From positions 15,066,001 through 15,130,000 of the forward strand of contig CM052820.1 in assembly GCA_028534125.1 (NCBI GenBank): a DNA stretch of 64,000 nt, read 5' to 3'. The position numbers were made by a program, and so were the translations under genes. Shown here piece after piece: positions 19,001 to 32,583 of the stretch (the first letter of the stretch is position 1; the number at the start of each line of letters is the position of its first letter). Origin of the DNA: Lama glama (Eukaryota). The notes under the pieces were generated by a model. The model saw nothing but the letters and a program-made list of their open reading frames with translations, made no database searches and was not told the DNA's origin.

Positions 19001-22000
19001 CTCCTGACAGCCAGCCCTCCTCTCTTCCCTCTTCCCTGGCTCCTGTCCTCACTGTATGGGGACTTGGTCCTGCCCAACAAAACGGATGCAGCCCCCACCC
19101 TCTTACGGGCTCCCAGAGTCTCATTTGTCCCGCATCTCTCTCCCCACCACATCCAGCCATCTCCCTACCATCCCCAGCTGTCTGTAGGAGATACCCCTGA
19201 ACTTCTGCAAATCCCCCCCCCCGCCCTGTCCTGAGCCGTTTCCTGAAGAGGCAGAGGAGCCCTCTTTCCCCAGCACAAACATGCACCCTCCCCTAGTTGA
19301 CAACCCCAAGGAGAGCAGAAGAAAACTCTTCTTGACCAGACTAGGGTATGTCGGGGTGGAAGGGGTGAAGGGGTGTGAGAACTGGGGTGGGAAGGAGTCA
19401 GGGTGAGTGGGGAGCCACTGAGATAGTACAGGGTGGCACTCAGTCCTGCTCCAACCTCCATAGAAGGGGACTTCACAGGCTTCTTCACCTACCCACGGAC
19501 TCACACTCTAGAGAGCTGCTCAAGGCCTAACTCTAATCCCTCCGCTAAAATGTAAGCCCCTTCTTTCCTTCTTAGACCTTAACCCAGATAGAGAAAAGTA
19601 GCTTCCTTTCCTCCCTGGAGTTCTCTGCCAGGATCTTAGTGCCATCACTCAGCCTTCTCTTCTCCCTGATTCATCCCCATTCCTTTCATCTTTCCTCATA
19701 GGCTTTTTTTGGTTTTAGCCCCTCCAGTTTGGTCATATCCCTGCTGTCCTGGGTGCTTTCCAGGTTTCCTACATCCCTCTGAGACTGTGGAGTGCTTTAA
19801 ACAGGGCCTGAGCAGGCTGGCAGTGACCTCACGGGGCCACTATGCACGGTTGCTATCTATAGCCTTATAGGATCATCCTCCTTTTCCTCTAGGCAGCTGA
19901 GTCACAGTCAGCTTGGGGTCCCCTCAGACCCCAGGGCCTTCTCTGCCACTCCAGACCACAGTCCATTACAGCATCCTGAGTTGTTCTTACTGCTGGGTAG
20001 GATGATTATTCTCTGAAACGTCTAAATACACAATGAAAGTGAGTCTTGGGTTTCAGAAGACACCCATTCTCAGACCCTCAGTGTTGTTATAGCCCAAGTT
20101 CTCTATCTTCTCACATCTGTCCAGATCGACAGCCAGTGGCCTAAGTTCCACTTGACTCTGCAGAGGTACAGGCAAGGTGAGGAATTTGGGGAGCAGCTGC
20201 TGGGCTGGGTTCAGATTGGATCTACCACTCTTGGGTGAGTTGCTTCATCCCTCAGAGCCTTAGTTTCCTCATCTGTAAAATAATAACAGCATAGGGTGTG
20301 GGGGAAGATTAAATGAGAAAATGTCTATAAAGTGCTTAGCACAGTGCCTGGCACACAGTGAGTGTTCAGTAAGTGCCAGCCATTACTACTGTTTTGTTGC
20401 CCTTGGACAGATAAGGAAACTGGTTCATGGAAGTCCAGGGACTGGCTTGAGTCTTTGCTTCAGGAGAGCAGGTGTAGGGCCAAGATTCATAGCCAACACT
20501 GCCTAACTCCAAAGCTTCACTCCAGAGCTCTCTATTACAGGATGTGCTGCCTCTGATAATAGCATAGCTACCACTTATTGAGTGCCTATTGTATACTAGA
20601 CATGGTATTCTGGACACCTGCTATATCAAATCACTGTACCTCTAACTAATCTTTACAACCCTGGGAAGTAACTATGAGCCTCATTTTACAGTTAGTATAC
20701 TAGGCTCAGAGAGGTTAGGTAAGTTCCCTAAGGTTGCACAGCAAGTAAAAACAAAGTCTGGATTTGAACTTTAGCTGATGGCTCCTAGAAACCCAGCTCC
20801 TCTCTCTATGTGGTAGCTAAGGCCTTGCCATATACTGACTTGACAGGCTTAGCTATAGTCTTTCCCCTTTTAACTTGGCCCTGTCCAGGGATCTCCGCTG
20901 AAAAGTCCCTTGTCCAGTAATGGGCAAGTCCCTCTGAACACTGTGCCCTGCTCCTCTCCCCAACCCCACTGCCCTCCAGAGAGGGGCCCAGGCTTGGAAG
21001 GTGCAGGTTTTAGGAAGTCTGGCCTTCATCCCACCAGAGCTAGGGGGCAGTGAAGATTTCCTATCCAGGGAATAAAGGGGCCAGTGGGGGCCACTCTGCC
21101 TTGTGTCACCCTCAGGCCAGCCAGGCACAGGGCTCCCCCGCAGGCTGGAGGGGCTCCCCGAGTGCACCCTGGCCTCAGACTGCCCCCAACTGGCCTGGGA
21201 GGAGGCCTCAGGCAACAGCATGCACAATTCTGTCCTGAAGAGGTGGCCTGGAGGACTGGGACCAGGGACTGAGCTTGGTCCTGTGGCCTCGGGGTTCAAA
21301 AGAAACTCTGGGGTCCACTGCCTCAGCTGCCCAGCCCCAGAGGTGCCAAGAGACATCCCAGATACACTCCCCTTCCCAATTTTAAAGATCCTGAGGGATT
21401 CAATTTGTTAAAAACAGAGCGCTGGTGTTCTTCCTCCCCACCCATAGTCAGAACTCTACCCCACAACCGTCCCAAAGGGCCCCTGACGCCCCCTCCCCAT
21501 CCAGCCTCAAAGAGATGGGCCAAGCTCTCCCTCTGCCCTTCTCCAGGCTCCCCAGCCACGCTGGGCACCAGAATAGACCACTGACCACCTGCCCCGGGGG
21601 GCTGGGCGGGGCCACAGCCGGTGCTGCCACTCAGGCTGGGGTAGGGGATTGGAAGGTGGGGCGAGGACTGCACTAGGGCGCTCCAGGGCCCCAGGCGATT
21701 TCCAGCGGCTTCTCTGTGTGGTGCAAAGGGCTCTCCACCGACACCGGACCGACAACTTCCCAGCCTGGACAAGGCTTGGAGCACCAGACACTCTCAAGAT
21801 AGGGCTCAGGCCGAGTTTCGGGCCCCAGCTTCTTCCGCCTCTGTCTCCGGCCTCCGTTTCTCCCCCTCTCTGGGCTCTGCCCACTTGCCCTCACCCCCAC
21901 CTCAGGTCTTTCTTCACCACCCCTGTAATCTCAGCCCCTCGACCCCAACCCCGGATCTCTGGGTCTCTACCCCTTCCCCTCCCCCAGCTCCATCTAAGTG

Positions 22001-23483
22001 AGAATGCCCTCGCTCGGTGACCTCACATTCCAGCCTGACTGGGGTCAGGAGGGCTTCCTGCCTGATGTGAGATCCCTGCCCCCACCCTTAGCTCCCGGCA
22101 GCCTCTCCGGGCCGTCCGGCTGCTGCTGGCCCTTTGCAGTTCCCTTCTTGAACCTCCCCCAGCCCCAGGCCCAATTTAGCTCCTTAATCTTCCCTGTAAT
22201 CCAATCTGACCATTTCCTGAGCACACACTGCACTTCCCAAACTGCCAGTCCCTGGAGAGGGGTGGGGTGGGGGCCGGACAGCTTCCGCTCTTCCCAACAC
22301 CAGAGCACCCCCACCCCACCCCATCGCGGGCACTCCTGCTGTACCCCGCTTCTTTTCCCCACTCCTAGGAGGCCCCAGGGAGCTCTAGTTGCGCAGGCCT
22401 CTGCCATCTTGACTCCATAGCCCAGGCCTGAGACCATTCTGACTCCTCGCCTCTTGTTTTCCCACCTCCGAGCCTTTGCCTGTGGTGTTCCCTCTGCCTG
22501 GAACACCCTCACCTCCACGTGCACTTCTTGTGAAACTCTACCCCCTCCTCTCTCCCGGCCAACTCCAGCCCGGTTTCCCAAATTCCAGAGACCACCTGGG
22601 CCTCTAATCCCATGTCTACCTCTCACCAGCCAAGTGACCTGGGGCAGGTTGCTTCCCTCTCCAAGTCTCCATTTCCTCATCTGTAAATGGGAATCATAAT
22701 AGTGCATCCCTCCCTTTACTTTATATAAAGTGATTAGAACAGGCACTGGGAAATGCTATTTAAGTGTTAAACAAAAATTATCTTTTCCTGCCTTGTATTA
22801 CAATGACTTTATTTCCTCCCAAGTTAAGACACCATGAATTGTGAAACACTTCATTTATTTGATAGCATCATTTCAAGGGGAGAAAAAGAAACATTACCAT
22901 ATGAAATGTACAAATTGTAAGCCATCTTCCAATATCATACATGTGTAAACTGTTCAGTAACAGTCTATGTGTAGCATCCTCGTCTCTCTGCTTTTGTCCA
23001 GTCAGTCCCCTTTTCAGCTTCAGGTACATTAATTGTTCATGGTCGGTGCCCAAGGGCTTGGGTTCAAGTTCTTACTCCCAAATTGTATTTAGCTAGGGGA
23101 ACTTAGGTAAATTTCTTGGCTCCTTTTAGCCTCACTTTTTTCTGAATAGCCAAAGTAATTCACAACAATCGTAGTGAATATTAAACAAGGCAATATATGT
23201 TTAAGGCGTTTAGCGCCTTATTGAATATTCAATCAGGAGAGCTATCAGTATTGTGATGATTTTAAAACGTTTGCTGAATCTCGGCTCTCCAAAGACGTGA
23301 GAGATGGAGGAGAGCTGGTATTTCATGGTCGAAGTGCCCTCCAGTGGTCATGTAGGGAAACTGCAGGCTTCTGATATGCTTGGAAAGTCTTTCCTTTGCT
23401 AGTCCAGGAACTAACTCAGCCACCCCCACCCCCAGATCAGGCCTATCCAACCCTCTTAGAATTCTACACATTATCTTTCCTTT

Positions 23484-26003
23484 TACAGAGGCCTTAAGGT
23501 ATTTTTAAAAACACTTAATAAGATAAGAGACTGGGAGCAGAGCTTTAGCCTAGGAAGGCTACAGCCTGGAAGTAGACTGTCACTCAAAGCTTGTGGGCCC
23601 AGGGCCCTGAGACAGGAAGGCAGAGTGGTGGAGAGCTGTGTCTTGGGCATCAGTTCTCCTCTGGCCTGGACACTGTTATCTGGACTGTGAGAGACCCTTC
23701 TTGCTGCTCACATCCAAAAATCTAGCACAGAACAAGTATAGCCCATTCCAAATATCCGCTTCTGTGTTTTGACAGATTTGTAGTTTGTTCATCCTTTCTT
23801 CCTTCCCTCACTCCTCCTCCCTCCCTCCCTCTCTCCTTCCTTCATCCCTTCCTTCCCAGCTCAAGGGCCAACTCCACATTGTCCATCAATATTTATTGAA
23901 TACTGTCTCTGTACCAAGCCTCACGTCCTAGGTGTTGGGGGTTAAAAAGATCAATCCTAACACAGACACAAACATACCACCAAGAGTTGTTCACAATGTC
24001 CCAGACACCACATGCAGAGTTAATCCTTGCATTTGAGTGTTTACAAGCTTCTCCATGTGGCTGAGTGGGAGGGCAGAGGCAGGGACATCAGATCCAGGCT
24101 ACCTGATTTCCCTGATGAAATGTGTGGAAGATTTGTCTGGCCAAGTTTTAGGGCTGACGTCCTCCTCTTGGACCACACTGCTCCTCTGAGAAGTCCTCCC
24201 CATCTCAAACACTGACCAAACTCCCAGTTCCCCCGAACTCCCTTCCCTTCCCCCACCATTGCCCTTTCCCCGGGGCTGAGAGTCAGCCAACACTTAGCAT
24301 CTAAACCCAGCTCAAGGGCCAACTCCACATTGTCCAGCAGTGAGAGGAAGGAGGCGTCCTCTAGAGTCATTGCTTGGGAGAGTAGCTGGAGGTACTCAGG
24401 GTCTGTCTTTTCGAAAGATGTCAGGAGCCGGAGGAAGAGATGGGTGAGTGATGTGTGCATTGTTCCTGGGACTCTGTTGCCTCCTTGAGCTGCCATCCTC
24501 TCTCCTTCCCTTCATGATCAAACTTCTCAAATGACTTCCCACGCCCTTCCTCAGTGCCCTCTTGCTTGCTCCTAATCATTCCATTTCCCCAGAAATCTTC
24601 TCAACTGTAGTAGCACAGGCTACTGGTCCCTTAGTGGGTTCCCTCAACTCCTAGACCAGTGCTGTCCAACAGAAACAAAATGGGATTTTTTAAATAAATG
24701 TCATTTCCAATGTTCTAGATGCCACATTTTAAAACGGTAAAAGAAACTGGTGACATTAACTTTAATAATATATTTAACCCATGTATCCAAAATATTATCA
24801 TTTTAACATGTAATCAATAGCTTCAAATTGAGATATGTTACATGTTTTTCATAATCCTACATATACAATATTTTATACATTTAGCACCTTTCAATTCAGA
24901 CTAGGCCACCTTTTAAGCTACTCAGGTGGCTGGTGGCTAGTGTATAGGGCAGTGCAGTTGTAGAACCTTCATTCACTACTTGGCATACACTCTTTCATTC
25001 TGTGTGGCTAATCATCTCATCTCCATGTGTCCTGTCTCCCCAGGGAGGTTCTGATCCCCTGGGTCAGAGCCCCCACTTTATTCATCCCTGTGTCTCCCTT
25101 GGCACCTTGAAGCTATCTGTGTGCCACACTCCAGAGGCCCTGCAAGCGAGTTTGTTAATGGGAGCAAGCATTGGGGATTGATTTTTGTGGTTTCGTTATG
25201 GCTGTAAATGGTATGTTATAGATTGCTTCTGTAGATGCACCCTGCTGCAATATTAGCAGAAATAAGCAGCCTGGTTGTCAGCGCAGGCAGAGGCCTGGGG
25301 CAGATGGGGCTCGATGACTCAGGCAGGGGAAATCCTGCCAGACCACATACCATTTCTCTGGCTTAAGAGCCTGTCATTGCCACCTCCTTGCAACCCCATC
25401 TCAGATACAGCCCTTGTCAGGGAGCATTACACAAAGGATGTGTCTCCAATATCCCACTACCAGGCTGGGAGCTCCTTGGGGCAGAAAAGGAGTTTTATTC
25501 AGATCAACAAGAGCCTGACTCACAGGTCAATGAGAATGAATAAATGAATGGGTGGCTGGAGCCTGAGAAGCCTTTCCCTCGGGTACTCATGCATCCCCAA
25601 AATCTTGGAGCACTTACTACATGTCAGGCACTGTGCTAGACATTGGAGATCAGTAGTGAACAAGGCCAATGTGGGCTCTGCCCTCCTGGAGCTCACATTC
25701 TGGAGTGGGGAACAGAAATCTATAGTCTCCTGGAATACAGGATACCCTCCCCTAAGTCAAAAGTCATCATTTAGACACAGGCCACAATAGTCTGGGTGCT
25801 GTGAGGACCTTACTATATCAAATTGCATTGATGATGTCATAATGGGCTCTATGGGATGGACCAAAGACCTCGCAGGTTGGAGCAGTGGGGCCACAGCAGG
25901 AGGAGGAGCTGATGTTGTCCATTCGGCCTCCGATAGACCTGGCCTCAGCTCGGAAGGAGGCAAGCAGGTGACCAATGATGCTCAGCCTCTCTGCCACGTC
26001 CAT
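23484..26003 (-). pseudogene. Candidate decayed multi-exon coding relic of unknown family
   Basis: Phase-compatible exon-like blocks 26003-25814, 25412-25351, 24427-24298 and 23721 onward, with single stops and damaged splice sites. No homolog recognised. Confidence 0.3.
24657..24960. mobile_element. hAT-Charlie MITE (MER3/MER33-like)
   Basis: Start cagtgctgtccaacagaa and degenerate inverted end; AT-rich interior. Confidence 0.6.
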
Positions 26004-26432
26004 TCCTAACTGGCTTCCGGGCTACCCTGAGGTAACCGGGCCTGTCTTCTAGGGCTGTCTCAGGTGGGAGTGTCCCAGCCAGTGCAGAGTGCCAACCTGT
26101 GAGCCATGCACTGTCTCAGAGATTGGGGGGATAAAAAGAGACTTGGTCTCTGCCATTGAGTTGCTGACAAATTAGACCTTGAGCAAGTGGCCCACCAGCA
26201 CATCATCCTCTTGGCTAACTTTGGAGGACCAGTGTGCTAAGTGGTGATGGAAATACTCTGAACAGCTTGCTCTGGTTCCTGAGCTTCTCTCCATATCGCC
26301 CCATGATGTGGCACTGAGTTCAAGGGCAGCCCACCCGTTGGCACTTGTGGTTTTGAGAATCTAGATTAGTGTTACTTAGGATGGTCCAAGGATAGATTTA
26401 TTTGCAGTACAGTTAGAAATACACATCCCTGG

Positions 26433-26571
26433 TGGGGGAGGGTACAGCTCAATGGTAGGGCTCATGCTTAGCATGCATGAGGTCCTGGGTTCAATCCCCA
26501 GTACCTCCATTAAAAAAAAAAAGGCTTAGAAAAAAAGATAGTAAAAGTTAATAAGTAAATAAATTTTTTAA
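26433..26571 (+). mobile_element. tRNA-Ala-derived camelid SINE, inserted in an older MER5-like element
   Basis: Same head sequence, A-rich tail, TSD aaat(a/g)cacatc(c/a)ctgg. Confidence 0.88.
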
Positions 26572-27365
26572 AAATGCACATCACTGGGCCTTTGCCCAAA
26601 CCTTCCAAAGCAGAATTGTCAAGTCGGGAAGGGGGTGCTCATGATTCTGCATCATTTATGAAAACATTCTAGGTAATTCTTATCCTAAGCACTGCCCTAG
26701 AATGGAAATACCTACCATACTCCCTAAGTTCCATATCTAGCTGGCCAGGGTGGGTTGGTTTCTCTGTCCAGAGATGGGTGTTGACTTTTGATATTTTATT
26801 ACTGATGAAAAGCCATGATTCAGAGGCTGCTGGTGGCCAGCTGTCAGCTTGGAAGGAATCAGAGGCCACTGAGAACAGAAATCTCTATCTTTTCAACCCA
26901 TCTATAAAATGCTTACTTGAGCAGACACTGTTTAAAGGCCATTAAAATACCAGACACAGAATAAGCCAGTCCCTGGAACTTTATAGACATATTTACTCAA
27001 ACCCAAGTGCTTGCAAAGAGTAAATAAAAGGGAAGCAAAATGAGCAAGCACCCCTAGAAATACGAACCGAAAGTAAACAGCCCTGTTCACTAAAATAAAC
27101 AGGACAAATCCAGCGAGGATTAAATGACCTCTAGTCAGACAGGCTTGGAGCCAGAAATGTCCCGTCTTGGCTCCTGGAAGATGATCAGGTGAGGGCTTGT
27201 CTCCACCACCTGGGAGCATGAGCCCGGAGGGCCACCTTAGGAGGTCAGGGCCAGGCCTGCAAGGGCAGACACCACCCTTGAGGGTGTGCGTGCTGCACAG
27301 AACCCCCTGGCAGGCTGCACTGGGCCTGAAATCTCCCAGATTAAAGATTAAGAAATATGCCCTAA

Positions 27366-27485
27366 GGGGAGGGTATAACTCAGTGGTAGAGCACATGCTT
27401 AGCATGCATGAGGTCCTGGGTTCAATCCCTAGTACCTTCATTAAATAAATAAACCTAATTGCTACCCCCCTAAAAAAACAAACAA
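27366..27485 (+). mobile_element. tRNA-Ala-derived camelid SINE
   Basis: ggggagggtataactcagtggtagagcacatgcttagcatgcatgaggtcctgggttcaatcc plus A-rich tail. Confidence 0.88.
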
Positions 27486-28582
27486 AAAGTGCACCCTGAA
27501 AGGCCTCTGATAAAGGACACATTTTCTGGAGGTGTAGCTTCTCAAGTCACTATTATTTGTGGTTTATTCATTAATTTAGCAAACGTTTGTCTCTTTAGCA
27601 CTTGGCTATGTTTCAGGCCCTGTGCCAGTCGCTAAAGTTATCAAAGTGAAGAAGGCATAAACCTACCCTCAAGTTGCTCAGTTTAATGAGAGATAAGATT
27701 GAGAGATAATAATAGTGGACATTTATTACTTCTCTATTTATTTATTTATGTATTAAAGCACTTGAGCAGGGAAAAGGTGCTCAAGTCTGAGCCATCAGCC
27801 AAGACGGCTGGTCAAGACAGCTCCTGTTCATTTATTTTTTGGCAAACTTAACAATAAGCACTTCATATCTCATCTAATCCTCTTACTGTGATAAGGTTAT
27901 TACTGCTATCTACCCCCATTTTACAGATGAGGACACTGAGGCTCACCGTCTGTGATATGGTAGGCAAAGTTTAACAATTAGCTCTCTGGAAGAAAATAAA
28001 CAAACAAACAAATCAAAAGCCATGATTTGTAGGATTTGCAGTCGCAGTAGTGTAAATACTCCCAGGCCGGTTTCAAGCCACCAGCCTAAAGTCGCTGAAG
28101 GTGGAGCTGGAAGGGGTGGGAGTGTGAGCTGGCTACAACATAGCATTGCAGATAGGGCCTGCAGCCAGTTGGTGGAGGGGGTGGAGCTTGAACTCAGCTG
28201 CATCTGATCCTGAGCTCAGGCACAGGACCACTTTGTTATACTGTCAATAATTACACGAGATCATTGACATTTGAGAGGGAAACATCTTAAGACCTTTGTG
28301 AAGCACTGGTTTTACAACGCTCCATAAATTTCCCAAGGTTAATCACCAGTGCTTCCCTATATCTCTTTGTTTTTATCACCCACAGGAACAGTTGATTTTA
28401 TTTTGAGGGCCATTTAAAAAAAACTTTATATCTTGAAATAATTATACATTCCCAGGAGGCTGCAAAAATAGTACAGAGAGGTCCTGTCTACCCTTCACCC
28501 AGTTTCCCTCAGTGGTTACATCTTACATAACTACAGTACACTATGGCAACCAAGCCAGTGACATTGTTCTAGGCCATATTGT

Positions 28583-28778
28583 CAAGGATCACTGGATTTA
28601 GCAAATAAAAATACAGGACACTCAGTTAAATTTTGTTTTTAGGGTAAGTATATCCCAAGTATTGCATGGGATATACTTTTGTTAAGAAATTATTCTTTGT
28701 AAAAAAAAAAGAAATTATTCTTTGTTTATCTGAAATTCAAACTTAACTGGGTGTCCTGTCTTTTAGCTGGCATCCCTA
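28583..28778. mobile_element. MER53-like palindromic hAT MITE nested in an L1M fragment
   Basis: aaaatacaggacactcagttaa and its inverse ttaactgggtgtcctgtctttt. Confidence 0.7.
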
Positions 28779-31700
28779 ACTTTATCACATGGGTAGTTAC
28801 ACAACCACCACCATAATCATGATACAGAACTATTTTAACACAAAGATGTTCCCTCGAGAAAGCCACACCCATCCCATCCCCACAACTTCCCTAACCGTTG
28901 GCAACCACTCATCTGCTCTCCATGTCTATAATTTTGTCATTTTTTTCACTTAGCATAATGCCGGTGAGATCCATCCAAGTTGCTGCACTTATCAACAGTT
29001 TGTCCCTTTTTATTATTGGGGAATATTCTACGAGGGCCATTTCTCATAAATAACAATTATTTTTAAAAATTTCATTCATTCGAGAAATATTTATTGTATA
29101 TCTACTATGTGCTAGGCGCAGACACAGGGAAGATGGGAACTGGTTGCAGTCAGGGTTGGGGTATTTGCCAGGCAAGTAAGCAAACCCAGAGTGAGCAAGA
29201 GATGTGGAGCTGTGTGCAAGGAAATGATTATAATGATGGAGCAGATGAGTTATGCTGGGCTGGAGGCGAGAGGAGTGAAGAACAGGAAAGAGGCAGGATC
29301 AATAGTTTGTAGTGCTTGTGTAGCTGAGCATTGAATGGAGTTGGGTACCTTTTTCTGAAGGTCTCCGTATCTCAACTTCAACTGACTTTGTTTAAAATAT
29401 CAACATCAAACGAAACATTCCATTCAACATCAGACATAATTTCCATATCATAGCATCAAACAGCTTTTCATGGGCTTTTTTAAACTGAAGGCTTTAGGGT
29501 TAAATGCTAACTAACAAAACCTTACCAACTCAATCCGGGTACAGAAGAAAACAAAAATTATGGTCACAGAAAGCACTTAAAGATCATCTTTCCAACTGCT
29601 GCTTTTTAAATTTACTTAGTTTTTAAAAGTTTTTTATGTACACACATAGAAAACATTCAGAAAGTTCAAAAGGATTTGTAGGGATCTGTTTTATAGGAAT
29701 AAGGAAGTGTCCCTTCTACTCCCAACCCTCAGCTACCTCACCCTCCTTCCCAGAGTCAATTACCATTTTTTGCGGTTCCTGATGTATATTAAACACATAA
29801 GAATAGGTGTGTGTGTGCATTTATACACACAAAGGACAGCATGCCATAACTGCTATTCTGCGTCTTGTTTTTCACTTAGTAGTCTATCTTAGAAATGGTT
29901 CCCTACCACTACCTGTAGAGGTACTTCATTCTTTTAACAATAAAAAGTGTTTTTCAAACCTCTCTCCTAGAACATGATTGGTTGGAAATTATAATCTTGC
30001 CTGAGCTACTCACCTCAAGGCATCCTGGGACTTGCAGTTCTTACTCAGTTGAGGCTTGCTCAGAAATCAGGACTTGACGAGAAAACATGTGTTGGAAACT
30101 AAAGTGCCCTTTCAATGATTACGTAAGAGAACAAAGTGCACTGTGTTATGCAAGCCCCTATCATTTCATCCAGAAGCAAATTATTTATTTATTTAAACAA
30201 CCAAGATACCTACCAGCAATGAGATACCCAGTGCTGTCTTGGCATCAGGAAATCAAGGTCATTTGATTCATACCCAGTACCAGTTCCTTACCCAGAGATG
30301 ACCACTCTCCTTCCAAACCTACTTCCATAAATTTACACATATATTTATATAAAACCTAGAAATTTGGTTCACTGAGTAAGTTTCACCAAAATGCTTTTGC
30401 CCCATAAATATTATTCTGGAAATTGCATTTTTTTTCACTCAACAATATATTTGGCACTTTTTTCTACGATAATACATAAAGATTGACCTCACACTGTTGT
30501 TTACTGCCATATGATACTCTAAAAAACACTGTGTCTCAAACTTTTTTGTGAGTTGAGATCATCTAACGATCACGTTAACATGCAGGTTCTGATTCGGCAG
30601 GTCTAGGGTAAGCCCTGACGGTCTGCATTTCTGAAAAATTCCCTCGTCAACAAAACACACTCTGAGGAACAGAGGTGTAGAGTATGGGTGAAGTTGTGTG
30701 TTAGAACTGACTTGGACCAGCTCATAAGAACTGACTCTCAAATTGCTAGGAATTTTGTGATCCTATCATTAAACACAGTGATTATTTAAAAATTAATTCA
30801 TGTAAACTTACAAGTAAATAAATCATATTACAGAGATAACAAATACTCAAAAATCATCGTTTTCCTAATTATTTTACTATAAATCTATGCTCCTGAGGTT
30901 ATTTATGTCTACTATACATTTGGTAGAAATCTACACAGTGATGTAGTTTTCCCAACTTCCCAACTCCACGTTCAGTTCACATTGGCAGCCTGAAATTGGC
31001 CACAGGGGAGTGTTCACATGACAGAAACTAGGTAGAAAGGCATACATCACCCCAAGCCTTTTCCAGCACTTGCTATTACCAATCTTTTTCATTTTTGCTA
31101 ATCTGACAAAGCAAACATGGTATCTCATTTTTAATTTGCATTCCCTGGTTACAGTGAGATTGGGTTATGTATATGCTTATTCTTAGGAATTTAATAGTAC
31201 TTTTTATTCTTGTAAATAAGCCCTTTCTCCTATTACATTTTCTAGTTGATTACCATACAGGACACTCCTTCTATCAGTTCTAACAGCTTATCAGTCTATT
31301 TTCTTGGAGGTTCTATTTAATCATATCATCTACGAACAGCGACAGCTTGTGCTTTTCCATGTATGTAATTGTATGTTTTGTGGACCTGGCTCTGACTGCA
31401 GGTCCACATTGACTACTGGTGATAATAGCTCATCAGTACCTTGCTTCTGATTTGAACAGGGACACTTCTCTATTTCCTCAATAATGTCTACTGTAGATTT
31501 CTGCAGGTAGTCTCCTTTATCCTTTATCTTCCAGTTTCTTAAGAGGATTTTGGTTTTGTTTTTATTAAGACTGGATGTTCAATTTATCAAACGTTTACTT
31601 TCACTTTCTAAGTTTTGCATTTTGGTGATATTTGAATTTCTCACATTAACCTGCACTATTTTTAAACTATCAAACAATGCATTTTAATTTTTTATTTTTA

Positions 31701-32461
31701 TGTTTTTGTGATTTGAATTAAGTTTTATCTGCACTTACTTTTAATTGAAGTTTAGTTGATTTGCAATGTTGTCAACTTGTACTCTTTTTTGTGATTAGGA
31801 GAACATTTTTAAGCCTCCCTCCCTTATATGTTGTACTCGTTTCAGCTCTTTTCACTGTCCTTGAATGTGTCCCTTCCCCAGTAGCCAGCCTCTGGCTCCT
31901 CAGAGAACAAGAATGTTCTCTCCATGTCCCACTCAGCAGTGAAATTTTATACATAATGGCATTTCAATAAATGGCTGGGAATGCCATGAATTAAACCATC
32001 ACCTAGTGTGCATAGTCCTGAACACTCCATTGCAATGTCTACACCTTTGAAGTGAGGGCTACAGGATCTTTCCGACTACTCCCCACTCCTCCAGACATTC
32101 CTACCTCAGTCCATAAGCGTCAGGTTGCTCCATTGACCTGTAATCTCTGGAATGTTAATAACCCTGTTTTGAACCTAGAGGCCACCAAGGGTCTTGATCA
32201 GAACTGATGGCTAAGCAGGTGCCTGGGTTTTTTAAATTGCTACTCACCACTCTTGACATAGGAATATTGGAACTGCCTCCAAGAACATATGGAGTTTGTT
32301 TTTTTTTCCCTATCATTTTAAGAAGTGGGACGAGTACAGATACCAGAGTCAAATCCCAGATGAATCCAAACAGCTGTGTGATCTCGGGCAAGTCATTCAT
32401 TTCTCCATCCCTTAGGGACCTCCCATATTAACATAACGTTTACCAAGAAAAGGGCCCAGAA

Positions 32462-32583
32462 GAATTATATCCAATATTTTGTAATAACCTGTAATGGAAG
32501 AGAATCTGAAAAAGAACATATGTATATTTGAATTACTTGAAACTAACACAACATTGTAAATCAACTATACTTCAAACAAAGAA
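32462..32583 (+). mobile_element. 5'-truncated LINE-1 3' end
   Basis: caacattgtaaatcaactatacttca tail with exact 17-nt TSD aagaaaagggcccagaa (32445 and 32584). Confidence 0.85.

Noticed and set aside
18370-19870. CArG-like words ccaaatagg and ccttatagg upstream of DES
   Set aside because: Only five A/T bases between CC and GG; they do not fit CC(A/T)6GG.
22045-22746. 233-aa minus-strand ORF
   Set aside because: Runs through MIR/L2-like sequence and GC-rich DNA; no recognisable protein or exon signals.
26932-27522. 196-aa minus-strand ORF
   Set aside because: Includes an antisense SINE translation (VLGIEPRTSCMLSM).
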